This document shows, piece after piece, positions 37,410 through 51,059 of a DNA stretch of 64,000 nucleotides (within the stretch, counting starts at the first letter, position 1; each line of letters begins with the position of its first letter). Position numbers and translations under genes: made by a program. The notes below the pieces were generated by a model that was not told the DNA's origin, searched no databases, and saw nothing but the letters and a program-made list of their open reading frames with translations. The stretch spans positions 1,922,001-1,986,000 of the forward strand of contig OZ176053.1 in the NCBI GenBank assembly GCA_964247055.1. Direction: 5' to 3'. This DNA comes from Paragordius varius. Taxonomy: Eukaryota > Animalia > Nematomorpha.

Positions 37410-40400
37410 ATGCCTTCAGTAATATTTCTGCTAGAATATTGCAAATTTTTTCAGGACAATCCATTTTATTGGACTAATTCAATTATATCAATTATTGAAT
37501 ACACCAGAATTTTATATGATATATCGTTTGAACGAAATATCAAATGCTTATTATATTATAATGACAATGTAATTGAAATATTTGATTCTCCTCCGAAAAT
37601 GTCAACAATTCTTAAAGAGTTTGCCAAAATAAATTCGAAAATTATTGTGAACAGCAATATTAACAGTTGTAATTTTGATCTTAATGCTATTTTAAAACAT
37701 ATAAATTATGAGGTAAACATTTTTAATATTTTAGAGTGGAACTAAATTTATATTTATTACTCATAGACCAGATTTTATTAAAAATGATTTGAAAAACTTC
37801 CATACTTTTATAGAATTTAATAATATTGTCCTTAATGCGACTGGTCAAAGTTGTATGGACCATGAATTCATTGATAAAGCTACCTTTTATAATTATGTAA
37901 CAAATCTTACAGATCTACAATGCTTAATCCTTTACCTTATCCAAGTTGATTTTATTTTTAAATAAAATTTTAGCGACATTTTAAATTATGTTCAACAACA
38001 ATTAGCGGAATACCCATGAAAGAAGAACAAAATACATCTGGAACCTCAATTAATTACGATGTGGAAATCATACACAGCCAATATGCCTATCTATATTCCG
38101 ATGGAGTGATATACCGTGACAAAATAAAATTAATTGAAAATGGTGTTTTAGATTTTGAACCAGAATCCTTAAAAACGCGACAAGTATCCTCCAAATCTGT
38201 ATTGAGTGGAAATTTTGCAAGTTATAGAAGCGTACTTTTACAATGGTCAACATTCCCAAAAAATATGTTACAATCATTAGGTACATACAAACATAAAATG
38301 TTTATTCAATGCTGTTTTTGTAAAATCTAATATATTTTATATCGTTTGCTCGCACAATGGCATTATTCAATGTTCCGATAGCTGTTTCCAGATTTTCCAC
38401 ATAAAAATAATTAGCATTTGTATCACATACGACAAATTTGGCTTTGTGTTCAATATTTTCGACAAATTTAATATTCACATTAGAGTTTTTCATAAAATTT
38501 AGTGCATTTAAAAATTTTTCGCGTAATTTGAAGCATGCTTTTTGTTCAGCCGTATCATCTGAGTTTTCCATCAAAAGGTGAAACAGCAGGAATTAATTAT
38601 ATTTGTTAATATCAAGATAACTATAATATTAATTTATTATAAGAATTATAAAGAAATTGGCGAAATATATTATTTTTATATATTTTATGTACACATATTT
38701 TTAATTCACTGATTTTGTTAAATATATTTTTTCACTCCAATTAAAACACGAGTAAAATTAAATCATGAACATATAAAATAGAATATTTTAATGGGTAATT
38801 ATTATATCATTGAATTGTAAGCAATGTTTAATTTTTTAAATGTATACTTATATTATTTGTAGACTATTACCAGCAAAATTCTCAGGGTGCTTTTAAGGTG
38901 TCTCCGGTGGAACCACATTCCCGTCCCTCATCATGTTTAACCAATTTCGTTCTTTCAAACCGTATAGTTTTGCTTGAACAACAACAAAACTTCAAAAAGT
39001 TTTTTTCCGTTTATCCATACGAGGAGAACGGGAGTAAGGCAAAAACACCCTTGGAAAACAATATGAATGTTAATATATCGGTTCCTGATCCTAAAGTCAT
39101 GACCCATATGTTGTGTCATATTCAAGGGGCCATATATATCCTAAGTTTGATTCAACCCCATTCGCCTGGGACGCAATGGAAAAAGGCGCTGTTTGAAAAT
39201 GTTGCGGGGATAACTGAAGGCCCAGGTGGCAAAATTACTGATTATCGAATACCGGTAGAGTTGTTTTGCTATAGTTTTTTAAATTATGCTAAAACTCTTT
39301 ATCCAATTTTAATGAATTTTGAGATGTCAACTATTTAACCCACTGTTTCCAACTTTTTTACGCCCAAATTTGAATAAAAGTCTTTCAACATCCCCCCTCC
39401 TTCTTTTCCATAAAAAAAACAAAGATTAAAATGCAAAATTTTAAAAATCATAAACAGTGAGATCTTAGTATCTGCAATTTTTTTCCATATCGGGGACGAA
39501 TCTTGATAATTACCTGAAATCATGAATAACCTTAAATTAGTTCCTACTTTTTTCAAAATTATCCATATTTTTCTCCCCCCCCCAGATTTTACTACTCCTT
39601 TTGGAAACTACTGTTTTTACCAATAAAGTTAGTTATATATCAACATTCAAGGTATAACTTTTTTATATCATATCAAAAGACTTATTAAATACGAAAATAT
39701 TTAACATAACTTATGGTTAATGCCTTTTTACCCTTATAATCACGTGTAGGATTTCTGCAAACTTATCAAGCTTTGTACCCTAACACAAGCATGCCTACAA
39801 AATGGGGTAGAACAATCCATCCTAGGCTTGTCCCATATTAAACCGGAAAAGGTTGATGATAAATATGCCTCCAAACAAAACCGTTTTGCTCGACAACAAT
39901 TAAACCATCTAACCATGTATTGGCCAATAGTTTATAGTGATAGTTTGTTGTTTCATATACCCATGGTAATATAACTTTCTTTTGCTTTTTATACAATATA
40001 TTTTATCTTAACCTTTGTTTTTGTCTGCAAAATTTATTTTATGTTCAATTAAATTGTCGTGTGGTTTTATATCAGGGATGTCCAACCCACTTTTTTCGGT
40101 ACACAAATAATAAAATAATTAAATTTCAATCAAAATGTTTGCGATTATTTAGAAGATAAAGCATGCAAAATTGGGCTTAAAATAAAATAAATTTAAAAAT
40201 TATCAAAGCATCCGCGAAGATATTTGTGTTGGACACCCCTGCTCTATATTATGATTGGGACGGACTCGATCCTTAAATGGTCCCCTCATGTTTAATATAC
40301 GCGCCTATAAATTTATTTCTTATCTAAAAATTGCTCACGGAATTTATTCCTTAATATTTTATATTATTTTAATTTTAATCTTTTTCTCAAAAAGGGTCAT

Positions 40401-43400
40401 CTATCACCTTACCGAAAGCCATGTATTTATTTTTTCCCACTAATGTCACCTTGTGTCTGTAAAGACTTTTTTCTTCCAAAAATTTTAATTTTGACTTAAT
40501 AAACTTTTTTGTGTTATTAGATCAATCCCATATTCGATCTCATATCAACAGGTCTTCGATCAATCAATGAAGTAAGTATATATATATATATGAATAAACC
40601 ATTTTTCAACCAAGTTCCATTTGGATGAGAAATGCTGCGTTTGCTTGAAAAAATGTTGCGTTTAATTGATAAAGTGTTGCTTTTGACTAAAAAATGGTAT
40701 ACCCAATTTTTAATCTCTAAATGAAATATTGAAATTAATACTTGACTTATTTGATACTTGTTTAAATCTATCTAATATTTATTTAATATTTATTTTTTCA
40801 TCTTTAGATAAAAAGGTTTTCTATTTTCTAAATTTAGCACGATAGGGAAAAAGCGTTTGAAGATTGTTGTGAATTAATGGATAGCTTAAGGGAAGAGGAA
40901 TTACAAGGCCACTCTTTGCCCATACCACCTGCTTTAATTACCAAGGCATTAGGTACTTTTAACACTTGGATACAACACATTCATTTTAGTCCTTCGATTC
41001 AAATTGGGGTAGTTAGATAGCCCAGGCCTGTTTAAAATTAAATTCATTAAAAAATATGGAAGGAACCGAAACCATGGCAAAATTTTGCACTTATATAACA
41101 TAAATAAACCGAAATATATAAAAAAATTTATTCAAAAATGCTTATTACTTATTTTAAGCTAAAACCGAAAGGTAAATATTTAGTCAACGTGACATGTGTG
41201 CCGTGGTAATATTGAATAAAATACAAAATAAACAGCTTTTTCTATTTCTATCAATGTTAGATACAATTCAAAAAAAAATTAGCTTTAATTTTACCCTTAA
41301 AATTATATGAAGGCGATATTTTGCAAAAAATTTTTAAAATAAAAATGGCGCCGAAGTAGTTTGACATGGAACTTTTTTTTCAAAACAAAATTTTATTTAT
41401 ATATTTTGGCATATTTATATAATTTTTATTAGGATAGAAGCATAAATTTAAATTGGGACCGTTTCTTTCTGTAGTTTTTTTAAAAATCCTAACTCAAATT
41501 TAGTCTGGGGTATTTGAATACCCCAATTTGAATCGAAGTGTTAAAGACATTTCATTTAACCATTTTTACTTTATTGATAATATACCCAAACGGTGTACAA
41601 ATATACAAGGATTTTCGCGTTACAAAGTCTAAAACTTTTATTCTCTGGTTTTTTTAAATAAATTATCTTTTTATACTTGTAGTTGCATTCGAGAATTGTG
41701 GTAATGGTAATTCATTAGAAGAAAATACTACAGGGAAATCAAATTTGACTGTGGCCAACAAAAAACGCTTATATAAATGTGTTTGGCAAGAATTGTATAC
41801 TTTAATCATGGTTCATTATGAAAATTATAGCAGTAAGAGTAATTCCAATTCTACCAACAAGATCATTGCGGACCTTTTTGAAAAACTACGCAATCATTTG
41901 TTTGAATTGGTCGGCTCTACTGAAACGTTTGATTCGATTTGCGGCATTAAAAGTGTTTTTGATAACTCAAACACTGTAAATGCCACCAATGAGAAAAATG
42001 GGAAAAGAGCTGAAGATTTGAATAACAATGCAGATGGAAATAGGTTTTTAACATTTGTAGATTAATGTTTGCTATTTTTAACATTTGTAGTTTTTATTTA
42101 AGTTTTTAATTTTAAGTATACCAGGATGTTGAACTATGAAAACGTACATTAATCCGAAACATTAACTTTTATGCCACAAAATAAATTGTAGGCTATTTTC
42201 TTTATTCCAAATAAAATAAATTATTAATTATACATTGATTGTGTAAATTAATAATTTTTATACTTATAAACCGTGGTTTCGCTTGCATCACTGGTATGTA
42301 ATATTCTTTTTACAGGCGAATACTATGTGTGCAAATATTTTCTCGCCTTACTATATACCATTTACAATTCAAATTCACCCTTGAAGAATTCAAATTCATC
42401 CTTCAACAATTCAAATTCACCCTCGAACAATTCAAATTCACCCTAAAAATAAATTATGAAATTTCGGTCTAATATAACTCATCATAATAATTAAATATAT
42501 TTTTATGGCAAAGTTTATTTTGTCAGTATTATTTGATTAAATACAAACTTTCTTTTTTAAAAATATAAAAAAATATAGGTAATATTTAATTTAAAAATAC
42601 ACATAATTTATTTTAGGGTGATTTTGAATTGTTCGAAGGTGAATTTGAATTGTTCAAGGGTGAATTTGAATTGTTTAAGGGTGAACTTGAATTGTTTAGG
42701 GGCGAATTTGAAATGTAAATGGTATATTATATTCAATATTACATTTAAATATATATATTCATATTTTTAGCATTTCACCTTTGGCCACAATCATTATACC
42801 TCAATTTGGTAAATTTAATACTTTTTTACAAATTTTATATATATTTTTAATGAAAAAATCAAATTAAATTATTTATTAACCACTTCTTTTTTTTAAAGAT
42901 GAACCACCAATTAATCTGGGGGAATTAATGCAGCGAATAACTCAAAAAGAAGAAAGTGAAAAACGACACAGACCCTCTCTCGATTCGCTTATGGTGAACG
43001 CCATTGAAAATAAGGTGGAACTTTATCCACACATTAAGGACAAAACTAATCCTTTTAACAAGTTTGTGTTACTTTTTTTTATGAATTAATATTTTTTTGG
43101 CTTTACAAAATATTTTGATGTTTATTTATTCAATCTGGCTTTCTTTGTTGGGTTATAAATGTTTGGTTGAAATGTATTTTTTGATTTGGGGTTTATTTGT
43201 TTAATTTTTTAGTAGAATGTTTTATGATACAAACAACTGCGTTTTTAATAATAAATGTGAAACAGCAAAAGGTTATGACTTGTTCGATAGGTGGTTCTAT
43301 GAAATTTGAATCTTAAATTATTTGAAATAAGATTAAAATGGGAGGTTTTTTAATTTAATTACAATATTACAATTTTTGTGTATTTATACCTTAATAACAT

Positions 43401-43484
43401 AATACAAACCAGTTTAAAAATATTTATTTTCATTCTATTTTTTTTTAATTTAGGGACATGACCAAAGAAATACTCACAAATTAA
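37410..43484 (+). CDS. INTS13: Integrator complex subunit 13 / asunder; exons 37410-37712, 37735-37944, 37974-38280, 38863-39254, 39750-39965, 40521-40571, 40838-40952, 41683-42043, 42771-42808, 42899-43061, 43454-43484 (last three less certain)
   Basis: STTISGIPMKEEQNTSGTSINYDVEIIH, FKVSPVEPHSRPSSCLTNF, EGPGGKITDYRI, YWPIVYS and WQELYTLI match recalled INTS13/ASUN motifs in order; junctions are in phase. Confidence 0.92.
37713..37734 (+). other. 22-nt GT-AG intron (INTS13 intron 1)
   Basis: GTAAACATTTTTAATATTTTAG. Read-through stops at 37745; removal opens a 70-codon frame that leads into conserved INTS13 sequence. Confidence 0.8.
37945..37973 (+). other. 29-nt GT-AG intron (INTS13 intron 2)
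   Basis: GTTGATTTTATTTTTAAATAAAATTTTAG; removal gives LYLIQ-RHFKLCSTTISGIPMKEEQ (cf. LVQQHFDLASTTITNIPMKEEQ). Confidence 0.85.
38302..38571 (-). CDS. GEMIN7: Gem-associated protein 7 (SMN complex, Sm-like fold), intronless, nested in INTS13 intron 3
   Basis: EQKACFKLREKFLNAL...ANYFYVENLETAIGTLNNAIVRANDI parallels recalled Gemin7 (EQRARAALRERYLRSL...NFYVSQLQTPIGVQAEALLRCSDI). ATG at 38571, with an in-frame stop shortly upstream. Confidence 0.88.
   Translation of the reverse strand: MENSDDTAEQKACFKLREKFLNALNFMKNSNVNIKFVENIEHKAKFVVCDTNANYFYVENLETAIGTLNNAIVRANDIKYIRFYKNSIE
40073..40241. mobile_element. hAT MITE, 169 bp
   Basis: TIR CAGGGATGTCCAAC / GTTGGACACCCCTG; flanks TTTTATAT and CTCTATAT match at 6 of 8 positions (decayed TSD). 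Confidence 0.75.
40963..41540 (+). mobile_element. piggyBac-like MITE, 578 bp
   Basis: TTAA on both flanks; 13-bp TIR CACTT(G/C)GAT(A/T)CAA plus subterminal TTCGATTCAAATTGGGGTA with asymmetric spacing at the two ends. Confidence 0.8.
42358..42722. mobile_element. MITE-A (longest copy)
   Basis: Intact TIRs, TATA flanks, 4 left and about 5 right units. Confidence 0.88.
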
Positions 43485-43624
43485 AGAACCCAAAATGTGT
43501 ACAATAGAACGTAGATTCTATTCTTATTTATATTACGTGTGATATAGAATAAATTAAATATTACGTGTTCTATAGAGCCTTAAATAAAACGAAATCTTTC
43601 AATTGTGTAAAATTTTCATTGCCT

Positions 43625-45861
43625 ATGAATATTTTATCTCTACACTCTCCGTTCGTTTTTAATGAACGTTCTAACCTTGTCCCAGAAACTTACATAATTA
43701 AAGTCCAGGGTCAAGAATTTATAATTCCTATAAATCCAATCACATATCCCTTGCTTGATGTTATTCGTTGTTTGGATAAACGTTGCCTTACCCCAACACA
43801 TTATGAGTTAGAGTTAGATGGATGGCTAAATATTAGCCTAGATTCATTTATTCCTGTTTATGATTATATGGAAATTGGTATTATTTTGAATTTAAAAGTT
43901 TTTTAACCCATGGGTTAAATTAATTGATTGATTGATTGAATGTTCTGATAGTAGATCCGTTAAAATTAATCTTTTTGGTGCTAAAAACAATGTATACCAT
44001 CATTGTTGTTTTTATGATTGAGTATACTTTGGAATATTATATTTATATAAGTATTAGACATTAAAATGAAATTATCATAGTGAACTATTTAATAAATGTG
44101 GTAAATTAAAATAATTTATAAGTTTCATAGCTTGATTATAAAGGCGTTGAATAGATATAAATTTGGATCAATATTGTTATAATATAAACTGTTTCAAGAA
44201 ATTAAATCATATCAACACTGCATTTCTCTATATATTTGACGAATGCGATCATCTCAGTAAAACTAATGCTTGTTAAAAAAAACCACACCAAAAATAAAAA
44301 AAATAAGTTATTGATTTTTCCGAGTAATTATTTAAGTCACGGGTGCCGCATGGCCTTGATTCGAAGAGTTACGAAATAATTACAAATTTAATTTAAAATA
44401 TATGCTCTTATCATATCAGCAAAATATCATTTGAATCAGACAATTTTTTTGAAAAGATCTTTAAAAATGGCAGTGAACTAAATATTGGATTCCATTTTAA
44501 AAGGGCTAAAAAATTTGTTACTTTTGGAGCCCATCCAAATTTGTAAAAATATTGTTTTCCTTTATGTGTAGTTTATAATCTGTTTTAATGATATTTTTGG
44601 AATGAAGCATTTAGCTTTGAAGATTTAATATGATGTGCGGCGCCATTTTATGATATGGAACTAAAAGTCCTTTCTTAAATCACTCGTGAGGGTCAAACTC
44701 AAAAGCACTATAATCCTGATACTTATTCCTATCAGAATATAAATATTTTATCAGGAAATTTGTGTACACTGTGTAAGGGACAGTTATTTTTGATAAAATT
44801 TTATCAAATATTTTAAAATATGTCACAATTGTATCAAAAAAATTGATAGTTTCTTCATGAAAAAGTTTGTTTGAAATTGTGGCAAAGACATTTGCATCTA
44901 TTTATTTAGATATTAAGCAGACGCTGATGACTGATGGTTTAAACAAAATTGGGCATGTAGACGGCATATTGTTTTTTTCCCATAAAATATTCACAGGATG
45001 GTTTTGAACGTTAGAAGGAAAAATCGGTTTGGATATTGTATTTGTATCTAAGAAGTTTTCTCCTTTGATAGTATATAATTTCGGAGCGTTAAATATACCA
45101 TTATAACAAAGCAAAAACAAAATTATTGTTAGATTCCACAAGCTTTATTATCACACGTAATTTTTATAACAGGCTTTGGAAAAATGGTTTAGGCTCCAAC
45201 CCTATTCTGCCAATAAAAATTTGATTTTAGCACAATAGTATTATTTTAGGTCAATATATTCAAGATAATTAAATTATTTTTAATAAAGAAACTTATAAAA
45301 TAAGAGCGAAAAATGGCTAATCTGATGGCTTAAGAAAAAGAAATGAATTGCTTTATAAATTATCTTTTTTTCTTACGCATAAATAGGTTATTTTTCTTGT
45401 TCAAGCGAAAAATTGTTTGACATCCTTAACATTGCTACCTTTCTACCACTCAATGAGCTCAAGCAAATGGTCATAAATCGAATTGCTAAAGGTATAATAT
45501 AATTGTTCTTTTATTTTATGAACCTAAATTCCAAAAAGCCCTCGTTTATTGTTGCACTTGTAAAATGGCATTCATTACTTTACAAATTTTAGACCTAATA
45601 AACAAATTTAAAAAATTATTTTTTTCATAGATTTTATATTTTTGACGGAAACACCCGAATTTTACCGGCTTTCACCCAATGCCCTGATAGATTTATTAGC
45701 TGCTGACTCGCTCGTGGTATTTTTTGAGCTTGATGTTTTTTCGGCTGCACTTCGATGGTCTCTAGTCAATTGTCAAAGTGCAACAACGTTTCCCGAAATC
45801 TTTGATGAAAGTTTATATATTTAATATCTTTATGGAGAAATTTGACATTGAATAAATAATC

Positions 45862-45913
<52 letters not shown>

Positions 45914-48900
45914 AGTGATACTCAAACACCGGCCCTAAAAGTCTTTTTATGGCCCTGAATTAATTATTTAATTTTTTGTATACTTATATTGACTATAAAT
46001 ATATCTGCAAATGTGTCAAACAGCTACGTAATTTTTATCGGTATTATATAGTCTACAACCCAGAGACAAGATAAATATTTTTTGCGGCCATTTAAAATGT
46101 TTTTGGTGAATAGCACTCCTTTAATTATATGTTCAAAAATTTAATTAATAAATTTGTGGATCAATCTTATAACAAATGCCTTATATATATATATATATAT
46201 ACCATTTATAGTTCAAATTTACCCTTGAACAATTCATATTCACCCTAAAAATAAATTATGTGTTTTCGAACTAATATAACTCATTATTAATGTGAAATAT
46301 ATCTTTATGGCATACTTTATTATTTTTTCAGTATTATTTTAATTTAAAACAAAATTTTATTTTTAAAAATATATGAAAATATTGGTAATTTTAATCTTAA
46401 AAAACAAATAATTTATTTGAGGATGACTTTTTGAATTGCTTAAGGGTGAATTTGAATTGTAAATGGTATATATATATATATATATATATATTTTACAATA
46501 GTCAGATGGTTACACATGCCATCCCAAATGTTACAACAATGTTATGATATAACAGATGAGGTTATGCACGATGCATCGTTTAAGGCGGATTTGTTGGAAA
46601 TTATTTGGTAATTAGAGAGACTTTATGCGAACAAAATTAAATATATATATATATATATATTATATAAAGTAGGCATACACAAATGGCTTCGCGGGTCGCA
46701 TATATAAAACTCGAACTTTCGAAAAATATATGGGCATTAATAATAATTTTATTAGATTTCAAACATAAAACTGTAAAAAATACGAACATAATATTACTAC
46801 TCTAATGTTTTCGCTAGCTTTTTGCCAAAATTTGGGAAGACATGGTCAGAAATTTAGTTTAAGATAAATCATAAAATTTTTATTCCATCATATTTTGCTA
46901 AATGATCAACTTTGTAAATAATTATCCAAAAATTTCGCGCAGGCTGCCCAAAATATTTTGCAGGCCGCATGTTGGACACTCTTCTGAGTAAATTATATTA
47001 CCCAATTTAAATGGATATATACACATTTATGTTAATTGTCTGCTTATGATCAACGCCTATTCCTAAGTAATCAGACCGGTATTTTTAACGGATGCAAAAA
47101 CAACCTAAGTAACTCTTTTTTAATTTTATATCTAACCAAAATAGGGTTAGACAACAATATGAACTAGGAGTATCTTGGGCAACTGGCAAAGATTTTGAAA
47201 CGCCACCGCGCTCCTATATCGGCATAGATTCATCACCTAATGTATTTTTACATTTCTTTCAATAAATATTATTATTCTTATTATCATTAAGGTATAAAAA
47301 TTAAAATAATATAAAATAAATGTATAATAAAATGTTTGATTTTCGCGTACTATATAATGCCTTTTTAACTCGATTACAAGCAAACAAAATGCATAAAGGA
47401 TTGACATTTTTATCTAATTTCCAATCTTTTTCTATTTATTTGGTTTTAGTTTAGTATTAATTATTTTATTAACAATAGGTGTTAATTTGAATACCTGGTG
47501 ATATATTAAAAATATTCTAATTTTAAATATATAATAAAAAATAATGAAAATTAGATATATGAAACTTTACGGCGAAAATTGGCAACGTTATTGTTGGATC
47601 GGGAAAATATAATATCATACGATAATAAACCTAATAACAAGTATTTCACTAAATTAATCAAATATTACTTGATGAAAATTCATAAAAAAGTTAACTAAAA
47701 ATTAATAATTAAAAAATGCTATGTGAAACCCTTAGTCAACAGAAAAGCCAAACTATTTTGCGCCTGTCGTCACTTATCAGTAAGACATAAATATTTGACT
47801 TGGGGTTTACTACCTAATTTATGTTGAATCCCACTTGCATTTTGGCAGATATCAGTCGAAATCAAATATAATATACAAATTTTATCTCGTCACTTTAGTT
47901 TTTAATTTAATTTTAGGTTCATTTTAATGAACTACATAAAATTTACCCAACTCATAGCGATATCATAAAATATTCTTAGATCGGATTATGCAATAATTGA
48001 TTCTACCCCGTCATCACCAAACGTTATATTTGACAAAGGCTCTAAAGCAATATTGGTAAATATTTTTCAAAAAATAAGTAAAAAATTGATTTTTTCAATA
48101 ATGCTCAAATAATGTAAATAGCCTCGAAAAATTCCTGCAAAACGTAATGCAATTACCAACAAGTTAGGGGAGAAAACATCCCCTAAACCCCCGAAAAAAT
48201 GTGAGGATTGCCGTAAAATACTTGAAAAGTGTGTATGCAAAAAGGAAGTTAAAGCCAAGTCCAAATCACCCGCGAAAGATGTGAAAACTAAAGTTAATAA
48301 TTCTTGGATTTGTTTAAATCATAAATTATTGTTTTATGTTTTTTTGAAAAATGGTAATTAAAATGGCATAATATAAATGTTTTTTTAAGAAAAAAGTTGA
48401 AGATAAACAGAAAGAAGTGGCCAAACCAGTAAAAGCTGAACCTAAGCCTACTCCCAAGAAAAAAATAGAAACTGCTAACAAAACAGCAAATAAAATGTAT
48501 ATCTTAGTTTAATTTAAATTTGGAAAGAATTGCGTTTTGAAATTATATAATCCAAAGTTTTTAGTTTTATAGTGACATTTGGAATATAAAATTTGTTTAT
48601 AAACTTAGACCTCCTAAAACAAATGAAAGGCCGATCACAGTCCAAGTGCCAGTTGTGCCAAAGTATTGAGATATATCTGCTTGTTTTTGGCTAAAATCAA
48701 TTTTTTATTTAACTAGCATTCTGCCCATAACCTCCTGAAATAACGTATTTTATTTGCATTTTCAGAATTGTAGAACCACCGAAAGTAACCAAAGAAACTG
48801 TGAAAATCGAAATCGAACCGGATCATCCAAAAGCCGAAGATCGAATGGTAGCAAGGCGTTTTTCAAGTATATTTACTGTTTATTATATGCATTCTTGACC

Positions 48901-51059
48901 TAGACTGTAACCGTTATCAAAAATCAGACGAATATTAAACATCTATATACAGTATGGATAAGTAGACATTGCTAGTTTTTTATTAATTATTGTCAGATGA
49001 TAAATAAAGTGAAAGAAATATATTTGAGCCAATAATTCTTTTTGCTGCATATGCTCTCTGACAATATTTAATAAAAAACTCATTTACACATCATACTATA
49101 TATTTTATATTATATATTAATTTAAATTTGGTATCAAAATATTAAAACAAATTAAATATTGAATGTGAGCTAATGATATTTGATTAAATTATTCAAAAAA
49201 TATTAATAAACACATGAATATCATAGATATACCGAAAAATGAGGCACCATCAAAACATTCGCAATTACTTTCTCCGCCCATGAAAGAACGGCGTAAATCT
49301 AGTGTCAAGTATAATTTTTTTTTTAAAAATCAAATTATATTTGAAATATCGAAAAAATAATGCAATAACATAAATTATAGATTCTAGCAAATTATCCCTA
49401 AGTGACATTTATAATAAATATAAAAGACGTCTATTAAAATAATAGTAAAATATTGTCTTCCATAATTTATTTGGTCCGATATAATTTTAACCGTTTTTTT
49501 GAATTTCGAAATTTAGTTTACACAATCCCATTTATCTTTATGTAATAGACCAATCCAACCCCTAGAACCGGACAAAACCTTAGCTGATACGCCACCAATG
49601 GTGGAAATGCATATCGATGCGCCTTTATTAGACATTCTAACCGAACAAATTATTTGTCAAACCAAATTGACGGATCTCTATCTCATTGGTTATATCATAT
49701 TATATGAACTTTTTTATCTAATCTATAAATTTTAGACCTAGAATAATAATAAAGATACCCAAATTCAAAAATTTTTCTTCATTTTAAAATATTTAGTCAG
49801 CTAAGTCAATTCTTTTTCATTACAAACAGGCTCTAATCGGCTAAAATGGTCAGATCCGATTACGGATACTCCTTGCATTAATTTATGTTGGAAACAATTT
49901 TATAGTCAAGGTTGGACACCTATCAAGGGTATGCCAGAGGCCAGAAGTAATCACACAGTTTGTGCTATGTATGGTGAAATTTATGTAATTGGTGGCAAGA
50001 ATACAACTAATCAGTAAACATTTTTTTTCTATGTTGTCTCAAAATTTATTAAACCACATATTTAGATCTTTGGCTTAAAATACATCTTTTTTATGGCAGA
50101 ATTGTGAATGATACTATTGCATATACGGCAATAACTGATACCTGGAGGCCAATTGAACCCATGATAACTCCACGGTTTGGATGTGCAGCAGCCGAATATC
50201 TAAGACAATTATTTGTGATTGGTGGATTTGTTAGCAATCACGATGGTACTGCATTAACATTGACCAACTCTATCGAAGTGTATGATCCGTTTGAAAAAAT
50301 GTATATCATTCTACATTTTCATAGAGTTTATGTCAAGGAATAAGGATAGAAATATAACTCTTTTAGATATCTCTACTGTATGAATAATAATATAAACTTC
50401 TTCGCTGTATATTTGTTTATTTTTTCCACCCTTTAGTTGGAAACCGGCTAATCCCTTTAACAAACCCATTTGTTATGCTGGACTATGTGAATCGAATGGT
50501 TCATTTTATTTGATTGGGGGAGCTACTGGGACCGATCCTCAGGCCCTAGCGCCTTGCAATGAGATCTACCGTTATAACTATGAATATGATGTATGGCAAC
50601 CACTTACACAGCTCCGTATACCACGTTATAAATTTGGTGTACTAAGTATAGGTAATAATTATGAGATGGGTAGGTTTATATTAACATAAAATTTGATTAG
50701 CATATTTGACTGCTTTGTCGGCGAAATTTTTGCAAGTCCTAATATATAAAAACGTAGGTGCACTCATTTCCATAGGCACATTGTTAGAAATAAACGAAAA
50801 ATTTTTATTGTAGTACCATTTATATAGAGGTTAACTTTTTGGAATTTCTATATGTACCAGATAAAATTGTAAAAAATTAATATTATGATGCCGCTTTTTA
50901 GGCAAATACATCAATATAGTCAATGGAATCGGACTCAATAATGAGCCCATAAAATCTATTGAGAAATGGAATACGGCGCTGGAAATTTGGGACAGAGAAA
51001 CTGCTTGTACCGAGGCGTGTGAAGTCAATTCCATATGTGCCTCTTTAAGGTATATTTAG
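43625..51059 (+). CDS. Kelch-like protein: BTB (43625-43877, 45387-45491), BACK (45631-45810, 46502-46607), Pro/Lys-rich linker exons (47145-49688), five Kelch repeats (49549-49688, 49830-50013, 50100-50300, 50437-50651, 50902-51049/51059)
   Basis: BACK motif TPEFYRLSPNALIDLLAADSLVVFFELDVFSAALRW; Kelch motifs IYVIGG...W...MITPRFGCAA, LFVIGG...IEVYDP, FYLIGG...VWQ...IPRYKFG. Continuity across 47242-47979 needs a small exon (candidate 47555-47586); this could instead be two genes. Confidence 0.75.
46202..46466. mobile_element. MITE-A inside a (TA)n microsatellite
   Basis: Intact TIRs with (TA)n on both sides. Confidence 0.85.

Noticed and set aside
40808-40837. 8-nt micro-exon plus 22-nt intron in INTS13
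   Set aside because: Phases do not fit; direct splicing 40571>40838 already keeps the frame.
42358-42722. Regular 21-bp repeat arrays resembling CRISPR
   Set aside because: Units are contiguous with no unique spacers, occur inverted at both ends of a MITE, and there are no cas genes; the DNA is eukaryotic.
3564-43484. Functional clustering of ARMC5 with INTS13 (promoter-proximal Pol II control) and of three cullin adaptors
   Set aside because: They are separated by unrelated genes and about 29 kb; no shared regulatory signal is visible, so chance is sufficient.
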